Source: an uncultured Nitrospiraceae bacterium
GTDB taxonomy: Bacteria; Nitrospirota; Thermodesulfovibrionia; Thermodesulfovibrionales; SM23-35
Assembly: GCA_963718855.1 (NCBI GenBank)
Contig: CAVRAA010000002.1
Location: 50,225 to 114,224, forward strand
DNA: 64,000 bases
Reading direction: 5' to 3'
Both the position numbers and the translations under genes were made by a program. The notes under the pieces were generated by a model. That model ran no database searches. It worked only from the letters and a program-made list of their open reading frames with translations, and had not been told where the DNA came from. Shown here piece after piece: positions 10,722 through 20,656 of this stretch. Position 1 is the first letter of the stretch. The number at the start of each line of letters is the position of its first letter.

Positions 10722-12134
10722 TCATTGCTTCCGGACATCTGGAGGCCCGGTTGAAGGGGGGACGATGGTGAATCTCAGGATATCGGACCAGTCCCCCTGG
10801 TAATCATCTTTGGCGACTGAACTGATCCTGAAATAATAGGTATTAAGATCAAGGTGTGCAGCCTTATACTCTAAATCTCTTATGTCGGTCCGGGTTTCCA
10901 CGATTTTTTTGAATTCCTTATCTTCCGCAATCTGCACATGATATCGGACTGCATCATCTACTCTCAGCCATCTGAATAGAAGGGATTGCGCTGTGTATGA
11001 AGCGTTGTCAACAGGAGCCCCGATCAGCGGAGGCATCGGGTTCATTCGTATCCTGATAACAGCCGGCTCAGCCGGAATTCCCTCCAGTCCAAGATTGTCC
11101 ATGCTCCGGGCTTGCAGAAAATATGTACCATCCCCGGCAGTAAAGACGGCGAAGCTGTCAGCGGGTTTGATCACCTGCTCCCTGATGATGTCTTTTCCCT
11201 CTCTGTCTTTCGCAAACACAACTCTGTAGGAAACAGCATCCGCTACTTTCTCAAAGTGAAAATGGAGCGGGATACTCTTGTACACCGGTGATACATTTAT
11301 CACTGCCGGCGGAGGAAGAAGTTTCCTCGGTTCAAGGGGAGGCTCGCCTTTCCTGACAAATGTTCCTTCTCCTTCGTTGACGGCAACTGTCTGATTCATT
11401 GCTTCCACCCCAATTGTGCCGTTCAAAACTTCGGACCTTGTCGCTTCAGAATCATCGACTGATACCCTGAAGGCTGTTCCCCGGGTAGCAGCGATAGCCG
11501 AGGGAGTCTGTATTTCAAAGCGGGATCCTTTCCCCGTAGCATCTCTGAGGTTGGAGATGGTTCTTCCTGAGCGGAGATAAAGCTCACGCAGGAAATAACC
11601 GGGACTTTTTCTTTCAACCGTAGTCATTGTCAGTGAAGTGGAGGGTTTGAGTAAGAAAGAAGCCCCGTCTTCAAAGGTTATTTCGACTGTCCCTTCCTTT
11701 TCGGTCCTGAGGACACTCCCCTGTTTCACCTTATTGTTTAAGAGAAGCGCGCTCCATTCTTTGCCCGCTTTTTCCTGCACGGTAACGGTGCCTTTTATAA
11801 ACGTGACCGTGCCGTCTATTGGAGTCCCTTTCAGCAGGTGGACGGGAAATAGCAATTTCTGGCTGGGAGATATGAAATCAGGATTCTTAAGCCGATTGAA
11901 GTGCGCAATTTTCCGCCACTGATGAGGGTCTGTCAGGTGTTTTTTGCAGATGCCGGTAAGGGTGTCCCCTTTCTGCACCATTATTTCCACAACCGGGTTA
12001 TCAGCCGCATTTGCACAGAGGGGAAAGACCACGATAATCGAAAACAGAATGGCGATGAATGTATTCCTGAACATTGATAATCTGCTTTTCATCTGCGGTA
12101 ATCCTTTCAGTATTTTATACATTGTTAATATCAT
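10722..12134 (-). CDS. secreted LysM + FecR-domain + Fn3/Ig-like protein
   Basis: signal peptide; VQKGDTL...NRLKNPDFISP (LysM); FEIQTPSAIAATRGTAFRV (FecR); YYFRISSV beta-sandwich tail. Confidence 0.85.
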   Translation of the reverse strand: MILTMYKILKGLPQMKSRLSMFRNTFIAILFSIIVVFPLCANAADNPVVEIMVQKGDTLTGICKKHLTDPHQWRKIAHFNRLKNPDFISPSQKLLFPVHLLKGTPIDGTVTFIKGTVTVQEKAGKEWSALLLNNKVKQGSVLRTEKEGTVEITFEDGASFLLKPSTSLTMTTVERKSPGYFLRELYLRSGRTISNLRDATGKGSRFEIQTPSAIAATRGTAFRVSVDDSEATRSEVLNGTIGVEAMNQTVAVNEGEGTFVRKGEPPLEPRKLLPPPAVINVSPVYKSIPLHFHFEKVADAVSYRVVFAKDREGKDIIREQVIKPADSFAVFTAGDGTYFLQARSMDNLGLEGIPAEPAVIRIRMNPMPPLIGAPVDNASYTAQSLLFRWLRVDDAVRYHVQIAEDKEFKKIVETRTDIRDLEYKAAHLDLNTYYFRISSVAKDDYQGDWSDILRFTIVPPSTGPPDVRKQ

Positions 12135-12262
12135 ATCATCGGAGTATTGTCAATGACATTAAACGACATCTGTCTAAGCCAAATCTCTGCCGGAGATTTG
12201 GCTTATTTTGACAGCAATGCTTTTTAAGCAACATATTGACTAAGTCTGTCTTCCAGTCTAAA

Positions 12263-13171
12263 ATGAATGGTATGAAAAGACTTGTTATGGTATCAGTTAT
12301 CTGGCTGAGTCTGCTGTTGCTGATTTCCTGCACACATTCATTGAAAGGCGCCCCCCCGGAGCAGGATGGCATGGTCACGGTACCAAAAGGCATATTCAGG
12401 ATTGGCCCGGATGGGGATGAAATGAATAGCCGGGTTGCCCATGATGTTTTTCTTGAGGCATTTATGATAGACAAGTATGAGGTGTCGGCAAAGGATTTTG
12501 CGAAATTCCTGAATAACAAGGGCAACCCTAATGACCGGTATTTTTCTCACGATCAATATTCGACGGTCATAGGAGTATTGTTCGGCGAGGGCAAAGTAAT
12601 AGAAACAAAAGGACTCCCGGATGTTTACGAGCCAAGGCCTGGATTCGATGATTTCCCGGCAAACAATGTCTCATGGTATGGGGCATATGAATATTGCGCA
12701 TGGAAGGGAAAACGTCTTCCGACAGAGGCCGAGTGGGAAAAAGCGGCACGGGGAAATGACGGCAGAATCTATCCGTGGGGGAGTTCCCCGCCAAATGACC
12801 TGAAAGCCAGATATAACCAGAAATGGAAAGAGAAAGGCCTGAACGTCATGGTTCCCGTGGTTACGCTTCCTGACGGGGCATCCTATTACGGTGCCTTCAA
12901 TATGGCCGGCAATGTATGGGAGTGGGTTGATGACTGGTTCAAGAGGGATTATTGTGAGTACTGTCCGGAAGAGAACCGCTGTCTCCCCTGTCAGGAAGGT
13001 GGCCCCTGTAATCATTGTCCTGAGAAACCGCCTGCCATCGGTGATTTCAAGGTGCTGCGCGGCGGGTCATGGTACGACAGTTTTGGCGAGTCGGTTGTGC
13101 GGAGCACACATCGCTATTGGTTGGGGCCTGAAGAACGATTTCTGAATACCGGTTTCCGTTGCGCGAAATAG
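12263..13171 (+). CDS. formylglycine-generating-enzyme (FGE/SUMF1) family lipoprotein
   Basis: lipobox LISC; RLPTEAEWEKAARG, MAGNVWEW, VLRGGSW, GFRC. Confidence 0.85.
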   Translation: MNGMKRLVMVSVIWLSLLLLISCTHSLKGAPPEQDGMVTVPKGIFRIGPDGDEMNSRVAHDVFLEAFMIDKYEVSAKDFAKFLNNKGNPNDRYFSHDQYSTVIGVLFGEGKVIETKGLPDVYEPRPGFDDFPANNVSWYGAYEYCAWKGKRLPTEAEWEKAARGNDGRIYPWGSSPPNDLKARYNQKWKEKGLNVMVPVVTLPDGASYYGAFNMAGNVWEWVDDWFKRDYCEYCPEENRCLPCQEGGPCNHCPEKPPAIGDFKVLRGGSWYDSFGESVVRSTHRYWLGPEERFLNTGFRCAK

Positions 13172-13192
13172 GACGGAACGAAAGACCCCTCG

Positions 13193-13876
13193 CTATTCCA
13201 CCTCAGTAATCACCGGCACCGGAGGAACAACAATGAAAGAAACAGTATCGGAAAAAGGACCTTCTGCGCCATCTTTTGAAATGGCACTGACCTTCAGAAA
13301 ATAGGTCCCGTAATCAAGGTTCCAGAACGTGACCGCGGTATTTGTAATGTTTGGATTATCGTAGATACTATAGTGAAACGTCCTGTCCCTCGCAAGGACA
13401 ACGCGATAGGTTAATCCGCGCGGGACGCTGCTCCATGTAACCCGTATGTCATAGACATCCCTGTATTCTGCTATTTCCTCAGGGGTGAGTATAATGGGAG
13501 CCTCCAGATTTCGGGCAGTCTCGTAGCGCTGTGCAGGGAAAAAATTGCCTGCCTGCCCATCCGGCCCGATAGGCCGCAGGCGAATGTAATATGCGCCGGA
13601 GAACGCAGGTTCCGGGAATGTAATTTCCGGTTTTTTGCATTTTTCATCAATAAGTATCTGCCGGAACTCTTTATCCCTTGCCATCTGGAATTGATACGTG
13701 AAGCCCTCTCCCATATTTTCCCAGCTGAGATGCACTGTCTCTTGCCGTGGGTATGTTTCATGCCCTTGCCCGGAGGCAAACGCATTGTTATTGAACGTTA
13801 AGAAAGGAGATAACGCAGGAGTATTCGCTGAGAATAAAACGAAGGCAATCCCCCAAAATAAATATACCAATTTCAT
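13193..13876 (-). CDS. secreted protein with two Fn3-like domains
   Basis: GGAGG RBS; signal peptide; YQFQMARDKEF / YRVVLARDRTF / GTYFLKVSAI resemble the C-terminus of the LysM-FecR protein. Confidence 0.7.
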   Translation of the reverse strand: MKLVYLFWGIAFVLFSANTPALSPFLTFNNNAFASGQGHETYPRQETVHLSWENMGEGFTYQFQMARDKEFRQILIDEKCKKPEITFPEPAFSGAYYIRLRPIGPDGQAGNFFPAQRYETARNLEAPIILTPEEIAEYRDVYDIRVTWSSVPRGLTYRVVLARDRTFHYSIYDNPNITNTAVTFWNLDYGTYFLKVSAISKDGAEGPFSDTVSFIVVPPVPVITEVE

Positions 13877-13954
13877 CTTTTCCTCCACTGCCGTATTCTT
13901 CAACATTATACTATAAAAAGGTAAAATAAGTTGACACAGCCCTTTCAACGAATG

Positions 13955-14770
13955 CTATCTTGCTCTATAGGGGAAATAAAGCGTGAAGGCAGAACCTTTT
14001 CCGACAGCACTGTCTATTTTGATTAACCCGCCATGACCTTCTACGATTTTTCTCGTAATCGGAAGCCCCAGCCCTGTCTCCTGTTTTGTGTTTTTTGTAG
14101 TAAAAAAAGGTTCATATATCATTTTCAGATTTTCTTCTGCAATGCCGACTCCGGTATCCATAACTTTCAGCGCAACATGGTTTTTTCCGTTTATTGATTC
14201 TGTCTTTGTAGTGACAGTCAGTGTTCCCCCACCGCGCATCGCATCAATGGCATTGGCTACAAGATTGCCGATTGCAGCCCGTACCTGTCTTTCATCTACA
14301 TATACGGGGGGGACATCACTCAAGGATTTATTGATAGTTATCGGGGTATTTTTACATGCATCTTCATACACTGTTAACGATTCCTCAACTATTTTGTTAA
14401 GGTTTTTCATCTCCCTCTGAAAAAAAGATTTGTCGGAAAAAAGCAGAACGTCCTTCAGAATTTCTTCAAGCCTTTTTGCCTCTGCTGAAATGAGGTCCGC
14501 ATATTCTTTTTCTTCTGCTTCCGGGGGCAGCTTTTTTCTCAGCCTTTCGGCAAGTCCGCCGATGATGGTAATCGGATTTCGTATTTCATGCGCTACGTTC
14601 GCGGTAAGTCTGCCGAGGGCCGATAGTTTCTCATATTCAATTATTTTTTCCTGTATCTGTTCTTCGGAATTCTGGAATTCGTCTATGGCTTCATGTAACT
14701 CATCGAGCATTGTGCGAAGGTCGACCAATTTGTTCAGCAGTTTCTTTTTTGTCTTTTCTCTTTCTTTCAT
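13955..14770 (-). CDS. cytoplasmic histidine kinase (HisKA + HATPase)
   Basis: AHEIRNP H-box, NLVANAIDAM, DTGVGI, PFFTTK, TGLGL. Confidence 0.9.
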   Translation of the reverse strand: MKEREKTKKKLLNKLVDLRTMLDELHEAIDEFQNSEEQIQEKIIEYEKLSALGRLTANVAHEIRNPITIIGGLAERLRKKLPPEAEEKEYADLISAEAKRLEEILKDVLLFSDKSFFQREMKNLNKIVEESLTVYEDACKNTPITINKSLSDVPPVYVDERQVRAAIGNLVANAIDAMRGGGTLTVTTKTESINGKNHVALKVMDTGVGIAEENLKMIYEPFFTTKNTKQETGLGLPITRKIVEGHGGLIKIDSAVGKGSAFTLYFPYRAR

Positions 14771-14772
14771 GA

Positions 14773-16134
14773 TCAGGCCAGGACCTCAACCCGGTTTCTC
14801 CCTTTTCCTTTCGCTGTGTACATGGCGTCATCCGCTCTCTTGATAAGACTGTCCTCTGAATCATCGTCCTTGAAGTTCGTGACGCCAAGGCTTATGGTAA
14901 CTTTGCCGACCTCATCGAATTGGTATCCTTCTGCGGCTTTTCTAATCCTTTCCGCCAGCACCCGTGCTCTCTCCATGTCTGTTTCCGGAGCGATGACCAC
15001 AAACTCTTCACCTCCCCATCGGACCAGATAATCTGTTTCCCTGAGGATCTCTTTCACTATCCGGGTCAATGTCTGGAGGACATCATCGCCGGCAGCATGA
15101 CCATAGGTATCGTTGATCCGTTTAAAGTGATCGATATCAAACATTATCATGGATAAGGGGTGATTGTACCTTTTTGCTATTTCAAACTCTCTCTTTATTG
15201 CTTCATGAAATTTGGTCCTGTTAAATGCCTGTGTCAACTTGTCAGTTGTGGCAAGCGTTTCGAGATCATGTTCGAGTTGTTTGCGTCTCGTGATATCGCG
15301 AATGATTCCGGAATAAAATAATCCGTCTCCGGCTTTCCACATGGATACAGAGAGTTCAATGGGGAAGATGTCGCCGTTTCTTCTTAATCCCTGCATTTCG
15401 GTTATTCTGCCGAAATATTTTGATTGCCCTGTGGATTTTACTCTTTCCATCCCTTTTTGATGATCAGCCCTGTATTGTTCGGGCATTAGAATAGTTAAAG
15501 GCTGCCCGACTATTTCTTCTTCCGTATAGCCAAATATTCTTTGGGCGCTTGTATTCCAGAAGATAATGTTCCCGCTGCTGTCACCCAAAATAATCGCATC
15601 TACCGCTGTCTGCGCTATATTCCGGAATTTTTCTTCGCTCTCCCGCAGCGCTTCTTCCGTCCGTTTGCGATCAGCGATATTTTCAATCAAACCGTCATAC
15701 CGGATCAGCAGACCTTTCTCGTCATAATGTGGCACCATAGTGTCCCGAATCCAGACTACAGAACCGTCTTGCCTGGTTATGCGATGTTCAATAGGAGGCA
15801 CCGGATTGCCTTTCAGGATTTCCTTGAGTGCGTTTTCGACTAACATCCTGTCATCCGGATAAATCATTGCGTGCCAAAGGAACGGGTCAGCGATATAGTC
15901 CTCAGGTTTATAGCCGGTGATCGGAATACATCCTGCGCTATGCCAGGTGGATGTGGCCTCTTTCCCGCTGATCTCAACGGCATACACATAGGTGGTAACG
16001 GCATTTACCATTTTTTTGTAGCGCTCTTCACTCTTTCCAGGGGCAGCTGCAGACTCGGCGCACTCTGCAAGTCGCCGCCTTGTCTCCTGCAATTCGCGTA
16101 TGAGTTGCTCTTTTGTTTTACCCTTATCTTGCAT
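14773..16134 (-). CDS. PAS-PAS-GGDEF diguanylate cyclase
   Basis: two PAS/PAC domains; DIDHFKRINDTYGH, RWGGEEF, RETD I-site. Confidence 0.9.
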   Translation of the reverse strand: MQDKGKTKEQLIRELQETRRRLAECAESAAAPGKSEERYKKMVNAVTTYVYAVEISGKEATSTWHSAGCIPITGYKPEDYIADPFLWHAMIYPDDRMLVENALKEILKGNPVPPIEHRITRQDGSVVWIRDTMVPHYDEKGLLIRYDGLIENIADRKRTEEALRESEEKFRNIAQTAVDAIILGDSSGNIIFWNTSAQRIFGYTEEEIVGQPLTILMPEQYRADHQKGMERVKSTGQSKYFGRITEMQGLRRNGDIFPIELSVSMWKAGDGLFYSGIIRDITRRKQLEHDLETLATTDKLTQAFNRTKFHEAIKREFEIAKRYNHPLSMIMFDIDHFKRINDTYGHAAGDDVLQTLTRIVKEILRETDYLVRWGGEEFVVIAPETDMERARVLAERIRKAAEGYQFDEVGKVTISLGVTNFKDDDSEDSLIKRADDAMYTAKGKGRNRVEVLA

Positions 16135-16324
16135 AGAGTATGTCCCCTCGGTTCAAAGCAGGCCCGCTTATCTGTCTCCAGATAATTATAATCTATAGAT
16201 ATTAGAAAGAACTGTCAACGTTTTGGGCACGTTTGTCACATTTTGGACAGGTTTGGGCAGAAGTTGTACTTTGACAATTTTCTGCGGCTTGAAAAACTGA
16301 AGGTACTTCTTAAACTGGTAAGCA

Positions 16325-16399
16325 TGGTAGGCGCGAGGGGTATTGAACCCCTGACCTCTTCCGTGTCAAGGAAGCGCTCTCCCACTGAGCTACGCGCCT
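16325..16399 (-). tRNA. tRNA-Val(GAC)
   Basis: AGGCGCG acceptor stem, TAGCTCAGTGGGAGAGC D-arm, CTTCC-TTGACAC-GGAAG anticodon arm, GGTTCAA T-loop, encoded CCA. Confidence 0.97.
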
Positions 16400-16454
16400 G
16401 AAGAAAACCTATTTAACCTAAAAACGCAGAACCTTGTCAAGGATGCACAAGGAT

Positions 16455-16868
16455 TCAGTGAATCTCAAGAGATGAAAAGAAGTAGGGTATTTCGTATGCT
16501 GCCGATTCCTTTGAGTCGGAACCGTGCACGATATTGTGCTCGATATCAGAGGCAAAGTCCGCTCTGATGGTGCCAGGAGCCGCATCCTTCGGATTTGTTG
16601 CACCCATGGCCTCTCTCACTGTGCTAATAGCGTTTTTGCCTTCTACAACCATCACTACAACCGGCCCTTCCGACATGAATGCAGTGAGGCTGCCGTAAAA
16701 CGGCCGCTCTTTGTGGACGATATAAAATCCCTTTGCATCATCTTCCGACATCTTAATCAATCTCAGCGCTGCAATCCTCAAGCCCTTCTGTTCAAACCTC
16801 TTTATGACATCGCCGATCACGTTTTTCTTGACTCCGTCCGGCTTTACAATTGATAATGTTCTCTCCAT
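16455..16868 (-). CDS. ndk: nucleoside-diphosphate kinase
   Basis: [17 protein letters not shown]...[13 protein letters not shown]. Confidence 0.95.
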   Translation of the reverse strand: MERTLSIVKPDGVKKNVIGDVIKRFEQKGLRIAALRLIKMSEDDAKGFYIVHKERPFYGSLTAFMSEGPVVVMVVEGKNAISTVREAMGATNPKDAAPGTIRADFASDIEHNIVHGSDSKESAAYEIPYFFSSLEIH

Positions 16869-16879
16869 TTTTCCTCCGT

Positions 16880-17806
16880 CTATATATGCAGTTTCTTTAT
16901 TAATTTTTTTACAGATGAGCACGATTTTCTGAATTGTGCCTTTTCTTCCTTCGAAAGTTTGAACTCCACAATTTTTTCAACCCCTTCTTTTCCGAGGATG
17001 ACCGGTACGCCCATGTAGATATCTTTTATGCCGTATTCACCGTTCAGATATACGGCGCATGGGAGCAGCCGCCGTTCATCATTGAGGATCGACTTGATCA
17101 TCTGAAAAGTTGCGGCTGCAGGCGCATAGTAAGCGCTTCCGGATTTCAGGTGAGCAACGATCTCAGCCCCTCCGTTGCGCGTCCTTTCGATCAGGGATAC
17201 GATTTTCTTTTTCGGAAGCAGTTCTGTTATCGGTATGCCTTCAACTGCCGTAAAGCGAGATAGAGGCACCATATCATCTCCGTGCCCTCCGAGTACGAGG
17301 GCCTCGATATCTTCGGGAGAGACATTCAGTTCCCATGAAAGAAATGCTGCCAATCTGGATGCATCGAGTATGCCGCCCATGCCCATGACCCGTTTGCAGG
17401 AGAATTCGGTTGTTTTCCATGCAATCTGCGCCATTATGTCCATCGGGTTGGTAACAACGATGATGATGGCATTGGGAGATATTTTTGCTATTTCCTTGCA
17501 GACACCCTTTACAATGTCGGCATTGGCATGAAGGAGGTCGCTCCTCGACATGCCCGGTTTTCTTGCCAGCCCTGCTGTGATGACAATCATGTCGGAACCG
17601 GCTGTATCAGAATAGCGATTTGTTCCCTTAATGGTCGATGAGGAATTCCAGATAGGACATGCCTCTGCAAGGTCCAATGCCTTGCCCTGCGGCACCCCTT
17701 CTATGACATCGAACAGAACAACATCGGCGATTCCCGACTGTACGACAAACTGCGCTGTTGTTGCGCCGACATTGCCGGCCCCTATAATAGATACCTTTTT
17801 CTTCAT
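16880..17806 (-). CDS. mdh: malate dehydrogenase (LDH-like)
   Basis: [37 protein letters not shown]. Confidence 0.95.
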   Translation of the reverse strand: MKKKVSIIGAGNVGATTAQFVVQSGIADVVLFDVIEGVPQGKALDLAEACPIWNSSSTIKGTNRYSDTAGSDMIVITAGLARKPGMSRSDLLHANADIVKGVCKEIAKISPNAIIIVVTNPMDIMAQIAWKTTEFSCKRVMGMGGILDASRLAAFLSWELNVSPEDIEALVLGGHGDDMVPLSRFTAVEGIPITELLPKKKIVSLIERTRNGGAEIVAHLKSGSAYYAPAAATFQMIKSILNDERRLLPCAVYLNGEYGIKDIYMGVPVILGKEGVEKIVEFKLSKEEKAQFRKSCSSVKKLIKKLHI

Positions 17807-17990
17807 GGCGAAGATACATTATATAGAATCAGGAAAGAGAATGGCAAGGAATGAGGCCCTATTGTCAAGGCAAAATGAGTACAGGAATGGGTATGTGAAA
17901 AACCTGTATCTATGTTGTGCTTATAAGAAAGTTGTCTGATGCAGGTAAAATAGAACAGAAGAGAAGAAAGAATCGTTCAAAGGAGGTTTC

Positions 17991-18533
17991 TTGAATACGC
18001 TCACTAAATATTTTTTTAAAGGATTATTGTTCCTTATTCCAATAGCTGTTACCCTTTACGTCCTGTACCTTATTGTTTCAACAGTTGACCGGATTTTCGG
18101 TTTTACCGTCCCCGGCCTGGGCTTTCTGATTACGATAGCGCTTGTGACGATCATAGGGTTTCTTGTTTCGACCTTTTTGGCAAAAGGGGCTGCCAGACTC
18201 ATAGACAACCTGTTCAGCCGCATGCCGATCGTAAAAATGATCTATTCGGCCATCAAAGACCTTGTGAACGCCTTCGTGGGTGAAAAAAAGCGGTTCAATA
18301 AACCCGTATTCGTAAACATCTCGCCGGGCAGCTCAGTGAGGATTGCCGGGTTTGTTACGCGGGAGAGCCTGGACACAATCGGCATGGCTGACATGATGGC
18401 AGTCTATATCCCTCAGTCGTACAATTTTGTTGGCAATCTGATAATCGTGCCCAAAGAGCAGGTCAGCCCGATAGACATCGAAAGCGGCAAAGTTATGACC
18501 TTTATCGTATCCGGAGGGGTATCAGAATTGTAA
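17991..18533 (+). CDS. DUF502 membrane protein
   Basis: FFKGLLFLIPIAVT, RMPIVKMIYS, IVSGG. Confidence 0.85.
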   Translation: MNTLTKYFFKGLLFLIPIAVTLYVLYLIVSTVDRIFGFTVPGLGFLITIALVTIIGFLVSTFLAKGAARLIDNLFSRMPIVKMIYSAIKDLVNAFVGEKKRFNKPVFVNISPGSSVRIAGFVTRESLDTIGMADMMAVYIPQSYNFVGNLIIVPKEQVSPIDIESGKVMTFIVSGGVSEL

Positions 18534-18668
18534 ACCTTGCAAGACCGAGGCAGATTTTGACCGTCAAGGTTTTTACGCCCTTTGAAAGCGGTTTTCTATC
18601 ACACCCATTTCTCCTGTCGCAGCCCGCGCAGCTTAGTTCCGGGTTATGCCGTACTACAATTTGATCAA

Positions 18669-18712
18669 TTGACAGAAATACAAAACCGGCGGTATGATAT
18701 AAAGTAATACCG
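18669..18712 (+). promoter_or_regulatory. sigma70 promoter and inverted-repeat operator for RHH/MazF operon
   Basis: TTGACA-18 nt-TATGAT; CGGTAT-N11-ATACCG overlapping the -10. Confidence 0.65.
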
Positions 18713-18723
18713 GAGGTGCATTT

Positions 18724-18966
18724 ATGGGCAAAACAAAGATTGCGATAACGTTAGATGAACAGTATATTGATCAGCTGGACACATTTGTCAACAAGCATAT
18801 GTTTCAGAACCGCAGCCAGGCTATTCAGGAGGCTGTAAAGGAGAAACTTGCACGGATAAAACGCACCCGTCTGGCCAAAGAATGCGCGAAGCTTGATCCA
18901 ACCTTTGAAAAGTCAATGGCAGATGAAGGATTAACTGAGGATCTGAGCCAATGGCCCGAATACTAA
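18724..18966 (+). CDS. CopG/ribbon-helix-helix antitoxin
   Basis: KIAITLD...NRSQAIQEAV; upstream of and overlapping the toxin. Confidence 0.85.
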   Translation: MGKTKIAITLDEQYIDQLDTFVNKHMFQNRSQAIQEAVKEKLARIKRTRLAKECAKLDPTFEKSMADEGLTEDLSQWPEY

Positions 18967-19289
18967 GGGGTGACATTCGATGGGCCGATCTGAACCCTGT
19001 GCGGGGCCGTGAGCAGGCAGGCTTACGTCCTGTTTTAATTTTAAGCCAGGATATATTCAATGAACGATCAGGGACGGTCATTGCCGTAGCGCTGACCAGT
19101 CAGCCTCAGAAAGCAGGATTTCCATTGACCCTTGAATTAAAAACCTCAAATTTACCCAAAGAGTCATGGGTAAAAATAAGCCAGATTCGGACGCTTTCCG
19201 TTGAGAGAATTGGGAAAATAATAGGAAGAGCTTCTCCCGAGGAAATAGAACAGGTTGTCGACGGACTGAATGAGATAATAGGCGCGTAA
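18951..19289 (+). CDS. PemK/MazF family toxin
   Basis: RGDIRWADLNPVRGREQAGLRPVLILS, QIRTLSVERI. Confidence 0.92.
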   Translation: MARILRGDIRWADLNPVRGREQAGLRPVLILSQDIFNERSGTVIAVALTSQPQKAGFPLTLELKTSNLPKESWVKISQIRTLSVERIGKIIGRASPEEIEQVVDGLNEIIGA

Positions 19290-19294
19290 CAGAT

Positions 19295-19663
19295 TTACGG
19301 AATAAATTTACTGCAGAGTTTTCCCTCGTATTCGGGAAAATCCTCGAAGGTGAGCGGTTTCCCGCGGGTGAGATTGATTTTTAAGAGCATAAAATTCAGC
19401 TGCCTGATCTTCCTGAGCCGCTCTTTGTCGTCATCGATTGTATTGATCAAGGCGCACATGTTGACGATTTCGTTTCTTGCCTCCAGTTCAGGCGGGATGC
19501 AGCCTGCGTTTTTTAGAAAACGGTAGGCCATCCTCAGGTCTTCGGGAATCCAGGTATCATCTTCAAAAACGAGGGGGTTGCCCCGTCCTTCGAGGTTATC
19601 GAACTCGCCGTTCAGCATGGCTTCGGCAATCCGCCTTTCCGCGATCCTGAAGAACGATTCCAT
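19295..19663 (-). CDS. DUF1992 (DnaJ-family-related) protein
   Basis: IAERRIAEAMLNGEFDNLEGRG, LKNAGCIPPE. Confidence 0.85.
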   Translation of the reverse strand: MESFFRIAERRIAEAMLNGEFDNLEGRGNPLVFEDDTWIPEDLRMAYRFLKNAGCIPPELEARNEIVNMCALINTIDDDKERLRKIRQLNFMLLKINLTRGKPLTFEDFPEYEGKLCSKFIP

Positions 19664-19669
19664 ATGTCT

Positions 19670-20656
19670 TTACCTTATCGCAAGCATTCTGTCCAAGGCC
19701 TTTTTTGCGGGGATGCGCACCTCTTCCTGTACTTTAGTTATAAAAGTATTGTCCTTCAAGGCCCTGAAAACACTGTTCAGCGTGGTTTTTTTCATAGTAG
19801 GACAGATCATGTCTTTGCGCAGGGGATAAAATACCTTATCGGGGTTCTCTTTTCTCAGACGGTATAACAGCCCGATTTCTGTTCCGACGATAAACTCTTT
19901 TTCTGTCGACGTGTTTGCAAATCTCAGCATTCCGGATGTGCTTGTGACATGATCCGCCATCTCAAGTACATCGAGCCTGCATTCCGGATGCGCCATGACG
20001 AGCGCCTTTGGATGCTCTTTTCTTGCAGCCGCAACGTCATCAGGCCTCACCCGCTCATGGACATGGCAGAAGCCGTCCCATGCAATGACCTTCTTCTTCG
20101 TATTGTGCTGAGCCCACATCGAGAGGTTCCTGTCAGGGACACAGATGACGGTATCCTCCGGCAGGGAGTCGATGACTTTTGCAACATTCGCCGATGTGCA
20201 GCATATGTCGCTTTCCGCCTTCACAGCCGCAGTGGTGTTCACGTATGCCACCACCGGCGCTCCCGGATGCTGCGCTTTAATATCTCTAAGCGTAAATCGT
20301 GCCGGATAGATGTAGGGAGGAGGACTGCTGAAACCCGGAAATTGTTTCATCTCCTGCCTCGGGGCGGCAACATTGATCATGTCGGCCATGGGGCAGCCTG
20401 CGTCTATCTCGGGCAGCAGGACGGTCTTGTCGGGGCAGAGGATCGAGGCGCTCTCAGCCATGAACGCAACGCCCGCGAATACAATGACATCACAATCTAT
20501 TTCGGATGCAGTCCTGGAGAGTTCGAGCGAGTCGCCCGTGAAATCCGCTATCTCCTGAATTTCATCCCTCTGGTAGTTGTGAGCGAGGATAATAGCGCGC
20601 CGAAGTTGCTTGAGCTCAAGGATATCGTCCCGAAGGCGGGTTTCCTCAGGAGACAT
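19670..20656 (-). CDS. nadA: quinolinate synthase
   Basis: LAHNYQ, GDSLEL, FMAE, GCPMA, YVNT, CCTSAN, HPEC, STSG, VGTE, CPTMK. Confidence 0.95.
   Translation of the reverse strand: MSPEETRLRDDILELKQLRRAIILAHNYQRDEIQEIADFTGDSLELSRTASEIDCDVIVFAGVAFMAESASILCPDKTVLLPEIDAGCPMADMINVAAPRQEMKQFPGFSSPPPYIYPARFTLRDIKAQHPGAPVVAYVNTTAAVKAESDICCTSANVAKVIDSLPEDTVICVPDRNLSMWAQHNTKKKVIAWDGFCHVHERVRPDDVAAARKEHPKALVMAHPECRLDVLEMADHVTSTSGMLRFANTSTEKEFIVGTEIGLLYRLRKENPDKVFYPLRKDMICPTMKKTTLNSVFRALKDNTFITKVQEEVRIPAKKALDRMLAIR

Noticed and set aside
8700-16399. Genomic island integrated at tRNA-Val
   Set aside because: No integrase and no duplicated tRNA 3' end found
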